Assembly (NCBI RefSeq): GCF_006345805.1
Contig: NC_043009.1
Span: 3,410,001 to 3,474,000, forward strand
Direction of reading: 5' to 3'
From: Octopus sinensis
Taxonomy: Eukaryota
Length of the DNA stretch: 64,000 nt
A program made the position numbers and the translations under genes. The first letter of the stretch is position 1, and each line of letters starts with the position of its first letter. Of this stretch, positions 28,030 through 43,115 are shown in pieces. The notes beneath the pieces were generated by a model. It searched no databases. It was not told where the DNA came from and was given only the letters and a program-made list of their open reading frames with translations.

Positions 28030-29090
28030 TCAAACCCCAATCAGTTTGTAATTCCTCTGATCTAGAGCAGTTGTTGTTACTTTATACTTTTGGCCGGCTA
28101 AACGGTTACATCCGCTCGGAGCACATGTTGAATATATTCTGTCTACATCCGGTTTCGAAGAATGGCTTGAAAATATCTTGTTATTGTTTCTGTTTTTTCT
28201 AGCGAGAAAGAATTTCAGTTCATCTCTTTGCAATGCGGTGCTACTATTATTGATGGAGGACGCTGAAAATCTGTGTCAACATATGCAGATGACGTCACGA
28301 AGATGTCACTGGGCAGCGCGTAAATTGTGATGTTCGGCACAGTCTTCAATAAATGGATAAAGAGACACTCATATTCTCATGAATGATAGTCAGTGGTCTC
28401 AAAGGCAGTTCTTGGTGCCCTACCGTTGCGTTTTCGAGCTCTATTTGAGATGACTATTGTTTCTCGGTCGCTAGATGTCGCCCGATTCAGTTTATAATCA
28501 TGCTGGATTCTATCAGCTTTTTCGTATTTGCAGGAATACACAGGTGATGGAATTGTTTTTGTGCCAAATTGTCCTAATTCGACAACCTTCCAATTCTGCT
28601 AAGCGTAGACTTCCCTGCTCATTCCTATTACCGATATAGAATTACGGAGATTGTTTTTTCCGAAATGATAGAGGCACATAACTACAAACTATATCACTGT
28701 GTGGCAGTAACCGAATTTCTAGATCGCCGCAGTAAGGGAAAATGCTTTACGCATAAATTCCTTCGGTACACTGAGAGCGCACCCCTACCTACGCTAGTGT
28801 TCGCTGAGCCGACTATGCTGTTTTGGGATCTATTTCGAGATGATTTTATTTATTACCTTTCGACTCTGGTGTATCTCTCCGGTTCTCATCTAAATCGACT
28901 GAAGCATCTGCACTCTTACCACTTTTGTAAGGAAGGGGATCCAATCGTCAGAAAAAAACTTTTTAAAGCCTACACGCACTGTGCTGAGACAATTACGTAA
29001 AATGACTGATAATGTGCAAGCATGCGCGTCGCCTACGATATTTGACGAAATTTCGTTTGTGAAACTGTTTCCTTTTGTTTGAAGCACATT
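28030..29090 (+). mobile_element. probable L1/Tx1-clade RT relic
   Basis: VSTYADDVT at about 28275-28302 (YADD motif); downstream LSTLVYLSGSHLNRLK...FCKEGDPIVRKK resembles the post-RT region of Tx1-like elements. Heavily decayed. Confidence 0.5.
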
Positions 29091-29798
29091 TTCCTGCAGC
29101 TGTCCCTTTGGTGGACATGCGGACCAAATTCTATAGCATTTTCACTCAGTCGTATTTGTCTAATGAACATGCAATGTTATCTGTAGTAAAACAACTATTT
29201 TATTCTAGAAGGAATTGATGAGTCCAATGTAACCAGTCGTTCTGGTAATTGATGAATATTTCTAAAATCGATTTTCCATATTAAACTCTATATACTGACT
29301 GGAGCCACCATTTTGAAAATTCTGAAATGAACATTGTACGATAAAATCGTACATGCACAAACTCTGATATAAACATGTGCTGATTCTCTGAAAATTGCTG
29401 ATTTGTAGGAGAGAAGGGAATATGTAATAATTCTATGATGAACATCAATACCAAAAAAAGTATCAGCCAATTTGTCTGGGAGACACAGTCCACAAACATC
29501 AAATTTACTGGCCTTGTGTCTACATAGAGAACCATTAATGGTTGCTAGTTGCCACAATGTTAGAGCGAAAGAAAACTTCTATGTACTTGTTCCTGCTTGA
29601 TACGTACAGAATCCAAGAACTGACGAGATTAACTCAGTATTATTATCCCAACTCAAATTATAACGAAATTAACAATGAAGTACCAAATCCTTGCAGGCGA
29701 GTTGCCTAAATGAGAGACGATTCATTAAGTCTGGAAGCTGCCAGAATCGCTAGCACGCCGTTGCAAATTTCAAGCCTTGTGCCTAGAAATAGTTGTTA

Positions 29799-29837
<39 letters not shown>

Positions 29838-29839
<2 letters not shown>

Positions 29840-30265
29840 GAGTGAGAGACCAAGTCATGCCATCAAAGTGACACTGGGGTAAAATATACGAAGCCTAGTC
29901 TACCCATCGTGATTACCCGTCTGATAAGGGTACACTAGGTATATACATCACAATCATATGTGCGCGACATAGTGATCTCATATGAATATAAACAGCACAT
30001 GACTTTGCAGGTGGGGCCCAGTTAGAATTTTCTGCTTGTTGAGTAGCACATCCTGCTCAAAAGGTCCTTGAATAAAGGTTGATTGAGAATGTCGAACGAA
30101 ATACCCATGTTTCCAAAGGTGAATTATCCAAACCCCAAAGAATCCCTCTCAACACATGGCTATGATACTCCCTCTCTACATCTGCTCGTGATCAGAGAAA
30201 CACATATCGCCAGCCACTAAGGGACATGCTCTACTGGTTAAGATCAAGCAACTGACAAGCAATAT
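29838..30265 (-). mobile_element. family E retroposon
   Basis: Colinear with 14529-14950; (AAT)n tail at about 29800-29837. Confidence 0.85.
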
Positions 30266-30332
30266 TATCATCATCACTATTATTATTACTACTACTACTA
30301 CTACTACTACTCTACTACTACTACTACTAGTG

Positions 30333-30365
<33 letters not shown>

Positions 30366-31164
30366 CTTTATTATCATTACTTTTGTTGTTGTTTGCTTTT
30401 GGTAGTGGTTTTGATGGTGTTGGTGTTGTTATTACTATTTTTATCATTTTGTAACAGCAGTGGTAGTATCGGCGGCGCTGGCAGCAGCAGTAGCAGCAGC
30501 AGCAATAATAGCATGGTTTTAATTAAATTACCAATAATTATCAATAGAAGGAAAGAGATGGTGCTAGTAAATTTTTCTTTTATTCTTCTTATTAGATTTT
30601 ATTCAAATTTTTGATAAATTGCACCATAAACAAAATGGCAGCGAATGATATATGAAAGGTGAATCCTAATAAGTCTAATGAACTTCCTGACCTTTATTGC
30701 TGTTATTGAAATTAGTCATTAAAAGGATTTCTAGTTTGTTTTGATACCACTTTATTATGAATAGATATAATCACATCGCTCATGTGAAGAAACGCTACTG
30801 AATGTTTTAGTCACACAAATTGTGTAAGAGATTCTTGGAAGTTTCACGTTTATTTTTCCTAATTACCCTCCTTATATAGAAAACAATTTCGAACGCCGAC
30901 ACATATTTACCTGTTTGACCACTGCATACTTCTGTAAAACCTGTTGCACCAAAGTCACAAAAGGTTACATCAAACAACAGAGCCTATAAACGATATTGTA
31001 TATTGAAAGAAAGTGATTTCATAAATCTGGTGGAATGTCCGTTATTTATCGTTAATCTTAAATGTAAACTTAATTTCACTGCATAAATACTGGGGTGGAT
31101 GGATGGATGGTTGGCTGGAAGAATAATCGTCTGGTTGGCTGGATAGACATAATATTTACATAAG

Positions 31165-31208
<44 letters not shown>

Positions 31209-31379
31209 TATATATATGCAAGCTTCTTTCCACACAGCCACGTCAACCAGAAAGAGAGAAAGTGAGAAAAGCGGTAGAGAGGGAGAGCGATAGAAAGATA
31301 GATGTATAGATAGATACACAAATAGGTAGCTAGCTGGAGGTAGATAGGTATATATATATGTATGTATATATATAAAAAA

Positions 31380-31864
<485 letters not shown>

Positions 31865-32419
31865 TCGAACGTAACAAAATTGAATACTGTACAGTGTGAT
31901 ACGTACAGCTAGTATAGAATTACTAGACAGATGGAAATAAAAAAAAAAGACTTTTTTTTTCATTTGACAACTGACGATGATAAAATCCTTTATGGAAACA
32001 AGAGATTCGTTTGTAGTGAAACAGAAGTTTTTAGGCTTCTTGGATCAGGATGACACAATCCTGAACAGTAGTGCCCCTATGTATTAATGCATCACTTATA
32101 TGTCAATAACGTTGAATTTTACATGTTACTCTGTGACGTCGGTGTCTCTGTGATATGACTTATTCTGAAAGGGAAAATATGTATGGAATAGCCATCTAAC
32201 AGAAAATCAATTATTGGCTAGAATATATATTAGCCCACGTAGATATGTGCTTTTGTTATTTTTGTGTAATATCCGAATTTATAAACTTTCGCACGTAAAT
32301 TCTATAGGGGAGGTTTGGGGATGTGAAATGTCGCCTTTCAGAAAAATATAAGAGAGACAAGGGATATATATATACATTATATATATATGTGTGTGTGTGT
32401 ATGTGTACATAGAAAAAAG

Positions 32420-32465
32420 ATAGATAGACAGATACATAGATAGACAAACAGAGAGACAGAGAGAC

Positions 32466-32550
<85 letters not shown>

Positions 32551-32599
32551 CATACATACATAGATAGATAGATAGATAGATATATAGATAGATAGATAT

Positions 32600-32637
<38 letters not shown>

Positions 32638-32711
32638 GGATGGATGGATGGATGGATGGATGGATAGATAGACAGACAGACAGACAGACAGATAGATAGA
32701 TAGATAGATAT

Positions 32712-32765
<54 letters not shown>

Positions 32766-32822
32766 GGATGGATGGATGGATGGATGGATGGATGGATAGA
32801 TAGATAGAGAGAGAGGTAGATA
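32420..32822. repeat. compound (AGAT)/(GGAT)/(AGAC)n microsatellite
   Basis: Direct reading. Confidence 0.97.
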
Positions 32823-33363
32823 GACGAAGTTATAATAGAAAGACAAAAGTAAATAAACGACATTATGAGAGAAAGAGTGAGAGAAAGAGAGAGAGAAGAA
32901 GATAAACGAAGTTTTGAAAGAAAGAGAGAAATACAAAAACAGAGAGAGAGAGAAAGAGAAAGAGAAGGCGTTTGAGGTAAAGTAAACTCTACTGAGACAT
33001 TTAAAGAAGAAATACATGAAAAGTTAGAACTAATTCCGGCAGAACTTACTTGTCATAAACCATGGAAAAGAAACAAGCGCCAGGCTTGGTATGTTGAACA
33101 AAAGCTTGCAGAGAATACCATCATATTCCAAACAGTATGGAAGAATTAACTTCATGATTATAGCAAATATTTTTGGCGTACCAATAAGAGTTTATTTTAC
33201 TGCACCACTTGTCGGAAATACTTTCGTAATTTCCATTAAATCAAGTCTTGAAATCTTGAAATTAGAAGGACACATAGGATAATATAGCTTTTGAAAACCC
33301 TTACGAAATGAGGTAGTATGTAGTAATTTGTGTTGCTACTAATTTGTACTATTACTAACAGTG

Positions 33364-33592
33364 TGGAGGCGCAATGGCCCAGGTGGTTAGGGCAGCAAAC
33401 TCGCGGTTTCGATTCCCACATCGGGCGTTGTGTGAGTGTCTATTGAGCGGAAACACCTACAGCTCCACGAGGCTCCGGCAGGGGGTGGTGGCGACCCCTG
33501 TTGTACTCTTTCGCCCCAACTTTCTCACACTCCTTCTTCTTGTTTCTTGAGTAACGCTGCGATGGACTGGCGTCCCGTCCAGCTGGGGAGGG
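33364..33592 (+). mobile_element. SINE head B plus tail 1
   Basis: ggaggcgcaatggcccaggtggttagggc...gagtaacgctgcgatggactggcgtcccgtccagctgggg. Confidence 0.9.
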
Positions 33593-33714
33593 GGGGCACA
33601 TCGGGAAAAATGCTTAGCGGCATTTCTTCCAACGTTGTGTTCTCATATGAAATGCCATTGACTTCATCTCTCGTCCTTTAACTTTTACAATCTGAATTCA
33701 AAAACAATTTTTTA

Positions 33715-34376
33715 CTACCACTCTTACTATCACACCTACACAACCATTAACGCCACCACCACTACCACCATCACCGCCATCACTACTACTACTACTACTA
33801 CTACAACTATCATACCACCACCATCATTACTGCCACCAACAACGACGCCTCCACCACTACCACAGCTAATACTACTACCACCACCACAACTACTACTACT
33901 ACTACTACTACTACTATCATAACAACACCATCATTACCGTCACCGATACCAACACATCCACCACTACCACAGCTACTACTACGACCACAACCACTACTAC
34001 TACTACTACTATCACAACTACTACTACTACTAATACTACTATCATACCACCAACATCATTACCTATTTCTTTACTACCCACAAGGGGCTAAACACAGAGG
34101 GGACAAACAAGGACAGACATAGGTATTAAGTCGATTACATCGACTGCAGTGCGTAACTGGTACTGAAAGGCTGAAAGGCAAAGTCGACCTCGGCGGAATT
34201 TGAACTCACAACGTACCGTCACCAACACCAGCACACCCACCACTACCACAGCTACTGCAATCACCACCACCAAAACCACTACTACTACTATCATACCACC
34301 AACATCATTACCGTCACCAGCACCAACAGATCCACCACCACCACAGCTACTCCAACCAACACCACTACTACTACTA

Positions 34377-34433
<57 letters not shown>

Positions 34434-34435
34434 GT
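33715..34435. repeat. (CAC/TAC) cryptic minisatellite of about 100-bp units, interrupted by a family D SINE at about 34075-34214
   Basis: Unit actatcata.ca.c.ccatcattac.g.cacc...ccaccactaccacagcta seen 4 times. Confidence 0.8.
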
Positions 34436-34857
34436 TGCACCCCTGCTTCTGCCGTCACTTGCTGGTTCCATTATAGCTTTGCCACTGACTGTACTATTGT
34501 CTTTTCTTGCTCTTGGTAGCGGCCAGCTATATCAAATACTCGAGAGAGAGATAGTAAAAGACGAAGAGAGAGAGAGAGAGAGAGAGGGGAGAAAGAGTGA
34601 GAGACAGAGATAGAGGGAGAATGCTCGGACCTGCGAAATAGATGACCGATTGAAATACCTTCAAATATAATACAGGAAAAAAAAAAACAGAAAAAAGAGA
34701 AAAAAAGCCGGGAAAAGCATAAATGCCCAAACTTCCCAGTTTTCTCCGATCATAAATTTACGTTAGATTCCTACGTCACATCCAATTATTGGTAAATGTA
34801 TTATGTATCGTTCTTGTTTCTCTTGTTAATGTTAAGTGTTGGGCTTTTTTTTGTGTT

Positions 34858-35205
34858 TGATGATGATGATGATGATGATGGGGGTGGGGATGAGGATGGT
34901 GATGATGATGATGATGGTGATGATGGTGGTGACGATGGTGATGATGATGGGGATGATGATGATTGTGGCGGTGGTGGTGGTGATGGTGATAATGATGGTG
35001 GTAGTGGTGGTGGTGATGATGGTCATGATGATGGTCATGATGATGATTGTGGTGATGGTGGTGGTGATGATGGGGATAATGATGGTGCTGGTGATCATGG
35101 TGATGATGGTGATGACGATGATGATGAAGATGGTGGTGGTGTTGGTGATGATGGGTATGACGATGGTGGGGGGAAGGTGCTGTTGGCGGTGGTGGTGGTA
35201 ACGGT
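34858..35205. repeat. (GAT/GGT)n low-complexity tract
   Basis: Direct reading; explains the poly-D/G and poly-M/V ORFs. Confidence 0.95.
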
Positions 35206-35622
35206 GGTATTTATATTGTCAGCAATGGTGCTCTCTATTACTCCGTATTTATCTAAATATTTTCTTCTATTAAAGCCTCTTTGAGCTCCATCATATATTT
35301 TGTTTTTAAATATGTTTTTCTTTTTTCTTTTTTGTTTCTGGGCAAAAAATACAAAGCCCATTTGTTCGCAGAAGGACATAAAAAACAACAACCAACAACA
35401 GCAAATAATCACTTTAACAAGATATAAAATAAAACAAAAACAAATGCCTCACCTATTAAAACGTATACATGCGCACGCACATTCACACACATTCATTTCT
35501 CGAGTCCGACATTTATTCATCCTACACACAAATCAACAAACAGACAAATGGAATGGTCACTAATTTCTAAAACATGATTGCTTTGTTTGTCTTTCGAGTA
35601 GCAAGAAAGATTTCAATTGAAA

Positions 35623-35665
<43 letters not shown>

Positions 35666-37064
35666 AATGAATATAAAAAAAGAGAAGGCAAGCGAGAGCA
35701 CGAGAGATTGGGTATGTGTGTACATGTGTGTGAGGAAAAGAAGAATACGGAGTGAGTGAGTGAATGAGTGAGAGAGAGAGAGAGAGTGAAGGGGTGAAGA
35801 AAAAACATTTTCTCTAATTGTTGCTTGAAACAGATTTTAATAACAATCCGCTGCCTTATTCCACACTTCAATAAGGTGAGGGAATAAGACAGATGGCTAT
35901 TTAATTTTAGACCGAAACAAAACAAAGAAACACTCTATTTTGTTTTTTCTTTTTTCCTTACAGTATTTCTCTTTCATTTTAATATATTTTTTCTCTGCAA
36001 TCACTGTCGAATGTTTAGCTTAAATATTCAAGCATACTGCGTTCTTATAAAATTCATTAATTGTTTCTGCAGTATACATGTGCTGCTGTATCAGGCGAGG
36101 GAATCATAATGGTTATTGTTGCTATTAGTTTGTTGTTGTTACTGCAGCTGCTGCTGTTGTTGTTGTTGTTTCGCCTCAAGTTAGCTCAGATGAATCTGGG
36201 AATAAACATCGGTTGGTTGTTTATTCTTACCCATGAAGACTTTTACAAGAAGGTACACCAGAACCTCACAAGTCTCATCCCCTAGCAGTCGCTGTTAGCC
36301 CTTCACAATTGAAAGGGTTGCAGCATTGTGATATGCAGTCCTTTAAACAAGAGCATCACGTGTGACCCAGGATGGGAATTTGTTTGCTCTTGCTCGTGTA
36401 TATGAAACACAGACATTATGATAATCTTCCTATTTTAGGATTCATGAACTTGGGCGGCCATGAAACCTACACCCAAGGAGCAGGAATCGCATCTGCCTGA
36501 CTTTCGCGTCTGGAATGGCCAAAGTACCCCACACATATAACATATGTTTTCATTAAATATATGTGTGAAAGCAAGTGAACTATTTATTACGCGTATTGGA
36601 GTTACAATCGTAAGGTTGTGTATTTGGTTTTCGAATCAGGTTGCGCGATTCGTAAGAAAGAATTCAACATCAGTTCCTATAACTCCATTCCTCTCAGATA
36701 GAAATAAGAGTTGTGAGAAGTTGCCGCTGGTTGACATTCCGTGTCGGATTTAGAGAGTCTACAATGCGTTAAACATGGGCTGTTGACAGAGATTAATTTC
36801 CCAAAGACGAATTTATTCAACATTTCTAATTGTAACGTAAGCCTTCCTGATGATAACGACCACAGAGAAGTGACCGTCAATGATAAGCATAAACATGTGT
36901 GTGTTGCGCGTGCGTGTGTGTGAGTGTATATGCAGCACAGATTGTCCCAATGGGATGTGAATTTGTGACGAAAAACAGCTTAAGATATTAACACAGTATT
37001 TTCTCTACCACTCTCCCGATCTATGAACACAGTACTGTTTGAATAAATACTGATACGTATTTAT

Positions 37065-37375
37065 TTATTTATGCGCCCTTTTCAAGCCTAGCCAGGTCCA
37101 TGAACCCGGTTTCCCGGTTTCTGTGGCGTATGTGTTCCCCCCCAGCTGGAAAGGATGCCAGTCCATCGCAGCGTTACTCAAGAAACAGGAAGAGAGAGTG
37201 AGAGAAAGTTGAGGCGAAAGAGTACAACACGGGTCGTTAACACTCCCTTTTGGAGCCTCTTGGAGCTTTAGGTGTTTTCGCTCAATAAACACACACAACG
37301 CCCGGTGTGGGAATCGAAATCACGATCCTCCGACCGGGAGTCCGCTGCCCTAACCACTGGGCCATTGCGCCTCCA
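37065..37375 (-). mobile_element. SINE head B plus tail 1, full length with (AAAT)n tail
   Basis: Reverse complement of the 33364 type, ending ggctaggcttgaaaagggcgcataaataaataaat. Confidence 0.9.
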
Positions 37376-38273
37376 GAAATACTGATATACATTCTATATA
37401 AGTCAGTTTATCTCTTTACTAGTCTAAATTACATATACGGACTGTAATTTTACTGCTGTTTACTCGCAGACACAGTGTCGTTGCAGCGTCGTAGTAAATA
37501 CATTGTAACCTATATACCTGCTCTTTGCATTATCAGTTCAAATCAGATCAGGTTCAAGTTAACATTAATCATTTTAGGGTCGATTAAAATGTACAAGTAA
37601 AAACCTTTAGATTGCCGAAACTCTCACGGCATTGGACTTGTATGCTTGTTACAGCTAATCCAACAGTTAGCGTTGTGAATTAAAAATCCCATTGCTGTTC
37701 AATTGGATGCTTAATTTTAAACCAATCCTCAGTATCACAAATCCAAAGTCCCCTTGAGTAAGTTTAGAGTTGGCCACACTGCTAAAAGGAAAAGTATCGG
37801 GTCTCCATTTTGACGTAGTCTCAACCTTCACTCACAGAGACCTTATCAAGGTTATGAGCAGTGTCATCTCTTGGTAAACAGGCGATAATATAACATCCAG
37901 ACCATCAGAGTATGTTAGCCTATAAGAAGATAGAAAAAATTCATATTCAGTATGATTTATTCATGAATTGACTTTAACTAATTATTTTAGTTCTTTTAAT
38001 CTTAGGCTTGTGGCAATATTAACGTACCAAATTTGCTGGTCATAAACTATTCAAATTATCGAGTCCTTATGGATGAAGTGTAAAGTCATCGTGCCTCTTA
38101 ATGAGACGTAATCAGTTTCATAGAAACCGTAAAGAATGAGTTCCTATATATATATTTCGTTAATTCGTATCTGCATTTTCTGTAGGCCGACCTTACCATC
38201 AGTAGAAGGACCAAAATCGTACTAGCATTGACCCCTATATCTCTATTTCTCTTCTTCCATCTGTCTCCTCTCT

Positions 38274-38305
<32 letters not shown>

Positions 38306-39524
38306 ACTCTTTCCCATTCTTAGTATTTTGCTTGAAACATAGTATATATATATATTCTCTTTTATTCTTTTATTCTTTTAATTCTTTCAGTCTTTTGACT
38401 ACGGCCATGCTGGAGCACCGCCTTTATTCGAACATGTAGACCCCCATATATATATACGTGTGTATATATACGCACACACATAGATATGTTATAGTTTTCT
38501 GGTACGTGGTATCGATCATGATATAATTCTGTCAATAATAATTATATTTTATAGTTTATAAGCGGTTCCCGTGTACTAACTAACTAAAATAGTCTAATAT
38601 TGGGGCATATGAGCCCTCAACGGAAAATTGTAAGGCTTTCTATGCGCATGGAACTCGAAAACACAGCTCTTGTTTGCGCGACAAGTGTGTTAGCAAATAG
38701 GTTTGCAAATCACTAGGAGGCCTCAAGAGACACATTCCTGTCCGTAGAACATGATTACAGCTTTATTTTTACTGAACCCTCATTTGTCGTTCACGACCAG
38801 AGAATCCATCCTATATATACATATATGCAAGGGATAATTTACACGTATTTCTTCTATGGTAGAAGGCAATTGGATAACGTTTTAAGCGGCAAAGCAAATC
38901 GAACCAGGAACTGGTAACCATAGCGCTACCCTTGATGATTTTTTTATAACCTTTTTACTATGAGAGGTTTAAAAATATGACAGAAAGACTCAGAAAAGTG
39001 TTACAAATGAAGGTACGATGCATTGAGGGCGAGACGATTCACAATGATGACGGCGATGATGATAATGACAATGATGTGATAATGATAATGATGATGATAA
39101 CAATGATAAGGTTTATGGCCATTATCATCATCATCATCATGAACATCATCATCATCATCATCACATTGGTGATAATGACAACGATGGTATTTTTATGTTA
39201 TAGTCTCGCATGTGTAAACTACCTAACGACTCAACCATTTCCTGTTGATTTAATGCTTAACCATTGATTGCCTTTGTCTCCCTCACCTCACATTCTCTAG
39301 CATTGTCTTTCTTTTCCGCTCCTAGCTCTCTCTCACACTCTGCCTCTCTCCCTCACACTTTGTCTCTCTCTCACACCTTGCCTGTCTCTCCAACTCAGGT
39401 CTCTTTCTCTCTCTCTCTCTATCGATCTCTCTCTCTGGATTTTCTCCTCGCATTTTCGAAAACGCATAATTTCATTGTATAATTTCATTGCTTTTTGTCA
39501 TACTATTTCTACTGTAGTATTTCT

Positions 39525-39660
<136 letters not shown>

Positions 39661-39890
39661 TTGCTGCTGTAGTTATTGCTGTTCTGTCATCTTTTTGGTT
39701 TTCGTTAATTTTTATCTGCATTTGCTGTAGGCCGACCTTACGATTAGTAGAAGACCCAAAATAGTTCTAGGATTGAACCCTTATAATCTAGATTTCTCTC
39801 CCTCCAACTGTCTCCTCTCTCTCCCCTCTCTCTCTCTCTCTTTCCCGCTCTCAGTATTTTGTTTGAAACATAGTATACATATATATATAT

Positions 39891-39921
<31 letters not shown>

Positions 39922-39941
39922 TCTCGTTTATTCTTTTATTC

Positions 39942-40150
39942 TTTACTGCTTTCAGTCATTTGACTGCGGCCATGCTGGAGCACCGCATTTAGGGAACGTA
40001 TAGACCCCAGGACTTATTCATTGGTCTCTTTTCTTTCGGTCTCTTTTGCCAAAGCGCTAAATTACGGGGACGTAAACACACCAACATCTGACACAGAAAT
40101 ACACACACAAACACACACACGCATGTATATATAACTAAAAGAAGCCCGTC

Positions 40151-40200
<50 letters not shown>

Positions 40201-40354
40201 GACGAGCTTCTTTCAGTTTCCCTCCACGAAATCCATTCACAAGGTTTTCATCGTGCTGAGGCTATAGTAGAAGACACCCGCGAAAAGTGCCACGCAGTAG
40301 GAATGAACACGGAACCATGTGGTTCGGAAACATGTTTCTTACCACACAACCGCT
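39942..40354 (-). mobile_element. SINE family A, full length
   Basis: Colinear with 27395-27843. Confidence 0.85.
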
Positions 40355-42430
40355 AAGACGACAGCCATGTGTCTATTTCCCTACATATATCTTTAGCAGG
40401 TATAGGGCAAGATTTCAGGAGGAATTTCAATGTTATTTCTAGCATCTCGATTGGCAGTGAAGTTGTCTTTTCTTCAAGTTGGTTCTTCACTTTACTTAAA
40501 ATAACTCTCACTCTCTTTATTAACTACACTCGACTGGACAACTTACGTTTGGACTCTATCACAATGAAGCATTCGTCGGTTATTTCAATGTCTATAATGA
40601 ACAATTCGAAGCAAAACTGTCACCACCTTCCTTCGTATGAATTATTTTAGCCCAGAAGCACAAACAAAAACCATTTACAAAAGTGGTATGGCTATTTCTT
40701 TTTAATTCATTTTATTTTATTTTACTTTCTTCTGCCTAGTATTCCACTCGATACACAAGCATGTCGGAACAAGTAGTTAGAACACATCAGCTTTTGTTTT
40801 CGTTTTACACTTGATGCAATGTGTTGAATGAGGACGTTTACAATATTTGCTACTAGCGATGGTGCTTTTCATTCATGTATAATTATGTTAAAATTTCTTA
40901 TTTTAAAATCTCTTTGAATTCCATAGTTAAACTTTTACATTGTCTGGGGTGGTGGGGTTAGCTTTATGTTTGTTTGTTTTGTTTTTTTCATAAATCTAAT
41001 AAAGGAAACATTTGTTTTATAGAAACACATTAAACTTAAGCAAAAAACACACATAAATATCGAGATACACTCCAACCCAAACACATACTCAAACACATGG
41101 TAGATCTCACGTGGGCACCTTGAAGATCCACAGTTAAAAAAAATTTTATTTACAGAAATTACAGCCTTTGGTCTTGAAGAAAAGAGAAGCCATGGTGGAT
41201 AATGTATAGCAATGTACGACTCAATGTCACAAAATATGGTCAGAGTTGGAAGAATCTTTCTAGATATTTCTCATGGTCAGTAACGGTTAACCTAGGGTTA
41301 AACAATAATACAGCAGCATGCAAATCACGAAACACTCAGAAAACAATGTTCACCCATTTCCAAGATGATTGCTTTGTCTGACTTGGCAGAACTGAGAATC
41401 AATAAAATACGAACACCAAATATTTGGGGAGATAGGAATCAGTAATAATTCCAGTATTCATGTTTCTTTTGTTTTTTTCCAATTTTTAGCCATTTTTATA
41501 TCCTCACCTTTCTTTTTATTCATTTTTACATTTTGCTGGGGGGCTTTGTTATTTTTCTGTTGACTGGTACCAGATCAATTGTAAAAGGTATCCCATCACT
41601 GACCATCCCGTCTTTACCCCCTGTATAATATAGGACAACATTACTTCAAATGTCCTACTTTTTCTCAAAGGAAGCTGAATGTGATTTGCTAAAGATTTAC
41701 AGATTTCAGCCTTTTTGTGCAGGATGAATGCGCGATCTCTCCCGCTATTTATTGGTCTTTCCCACCATCTAATACCGCTTTAACTAATTACAAATCCTGC
41801 CATTCTTTTCTATGTATTGTGGTATTTGCCATTATTTCGATATTGTTTCTCCCCGGGGAAAGCATGAATGGGTTGACATATGAACAAAATGCTTACAAGC
41901 AATAGGCTTCCTATCGTTTAGTGCTATCTCCTATCACATTTTGATCTGTTCCTATTTCGTCGTCTTATGATTATATAAAGCAATTTTAAGAAAATTTAGG
42001 TTATATTTCTAGCATCTACACCGACAGCATTCAAACACCAACGCTGTCGATGTTGTAAAAGCTCCTGTGCAACATTGAAAAGATAATGAGATATATTAAT
42101 GTCGCTTTTTATTGTCATGTCGACGTTCGCAGAAACGTAGTATACGTATTTTATGGGGCTAAATTAATGTAGTCAAATGACTGTAATAATATGCTGCACA
42201 GTTTAGCAGGAGACGTATAAAAATATAGAAAATTATAATATATATAGTAAGAATAAAAACAAAAATAGCATCAAGAATATAAAAGTATAGTTGATATGTT
42301 TATTGGGTAACATGCGGGAAGTAAAATATAAAACGCTGTTTTCTATGTATAACCAAGTTATTAAATAAAGCACAGACGTTGTAAATATAGAGTAAATATA
42401 GAGTATATATATATATATATACATATATAT

Positions 42431-42508
<78 letters not shown>

Positions 42509-42781
42509 TCAGTTTATATACTCAGTATATATACTTAGTTGAAGCATTCCTGTAACAACCTGGGACCTTGAAGACTGCTTAAATGCAAGAAAGTATACTC
42601 GTCCCTTAATATTTGATATTCAATATTTCATCTCTTCAATAAGATAATTAATACTTCATTTCATTTTACTATATATACTATATGTTCTACATTAATATTA
42701 TAAAGAATATAAATAAAACATAAACAGAGTTGGAATTCCTTTGAATAATATACATCCTTCTATACACAATCATACAAACCC

Positions 42782-42838
<57 letters not shown>

Positions 42839-42984
42839 TATAATAAATAATATTTGGGTAATAAGAATTATAGAAATTAATATTACCAGTGGCTTAGCAC
42901 AGAAATTTTTTTTGAAAAATTAGGATATACAGGCAACTAGTTTACATACGAATCTAGTTGTGTAAATATTTGAAATCTAAAGGC

Positions 42985-43115
42985 TCCACTCAGCTGGCAA
43001 AAGCGAGTAACGCTGCGATGGACTGGCGTTCCGTCCAGCTGGGGAACACATACGCCATAGAAACCGTGAAACCGGGCCCATGAGCATGGCTAGGCTTTAA
43101 AAAGGGCGCATTTAT
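42985..43115 (+). mobile_element. SINE fragment: family C core joined to tail 1
   Basis: ccactcagctggcaaaa (C core) directly followed by gagtaacgctgcgatggactggcg...ggctaggctttaaaaagggcgcat (tail 1). Confidence 0.8.

Noticed and set aside
31965-32015. CUGACGA...GAAAC with an AU hairpin (similar weak cases at 2588, 24855, 29620 and 63915)
   Set aside because: No closing G10.1-C11.1 pair and/or no coherent stems I and III.
36129-36689. About 187-codon plus frame interrupted only by four TGA codons (selenoprotein or readthrough?)
   Set aside because: The peptide resembles nothing I know, no SECIS was seen, and a rough estimate gives about 0.5 such runs by chance per window.
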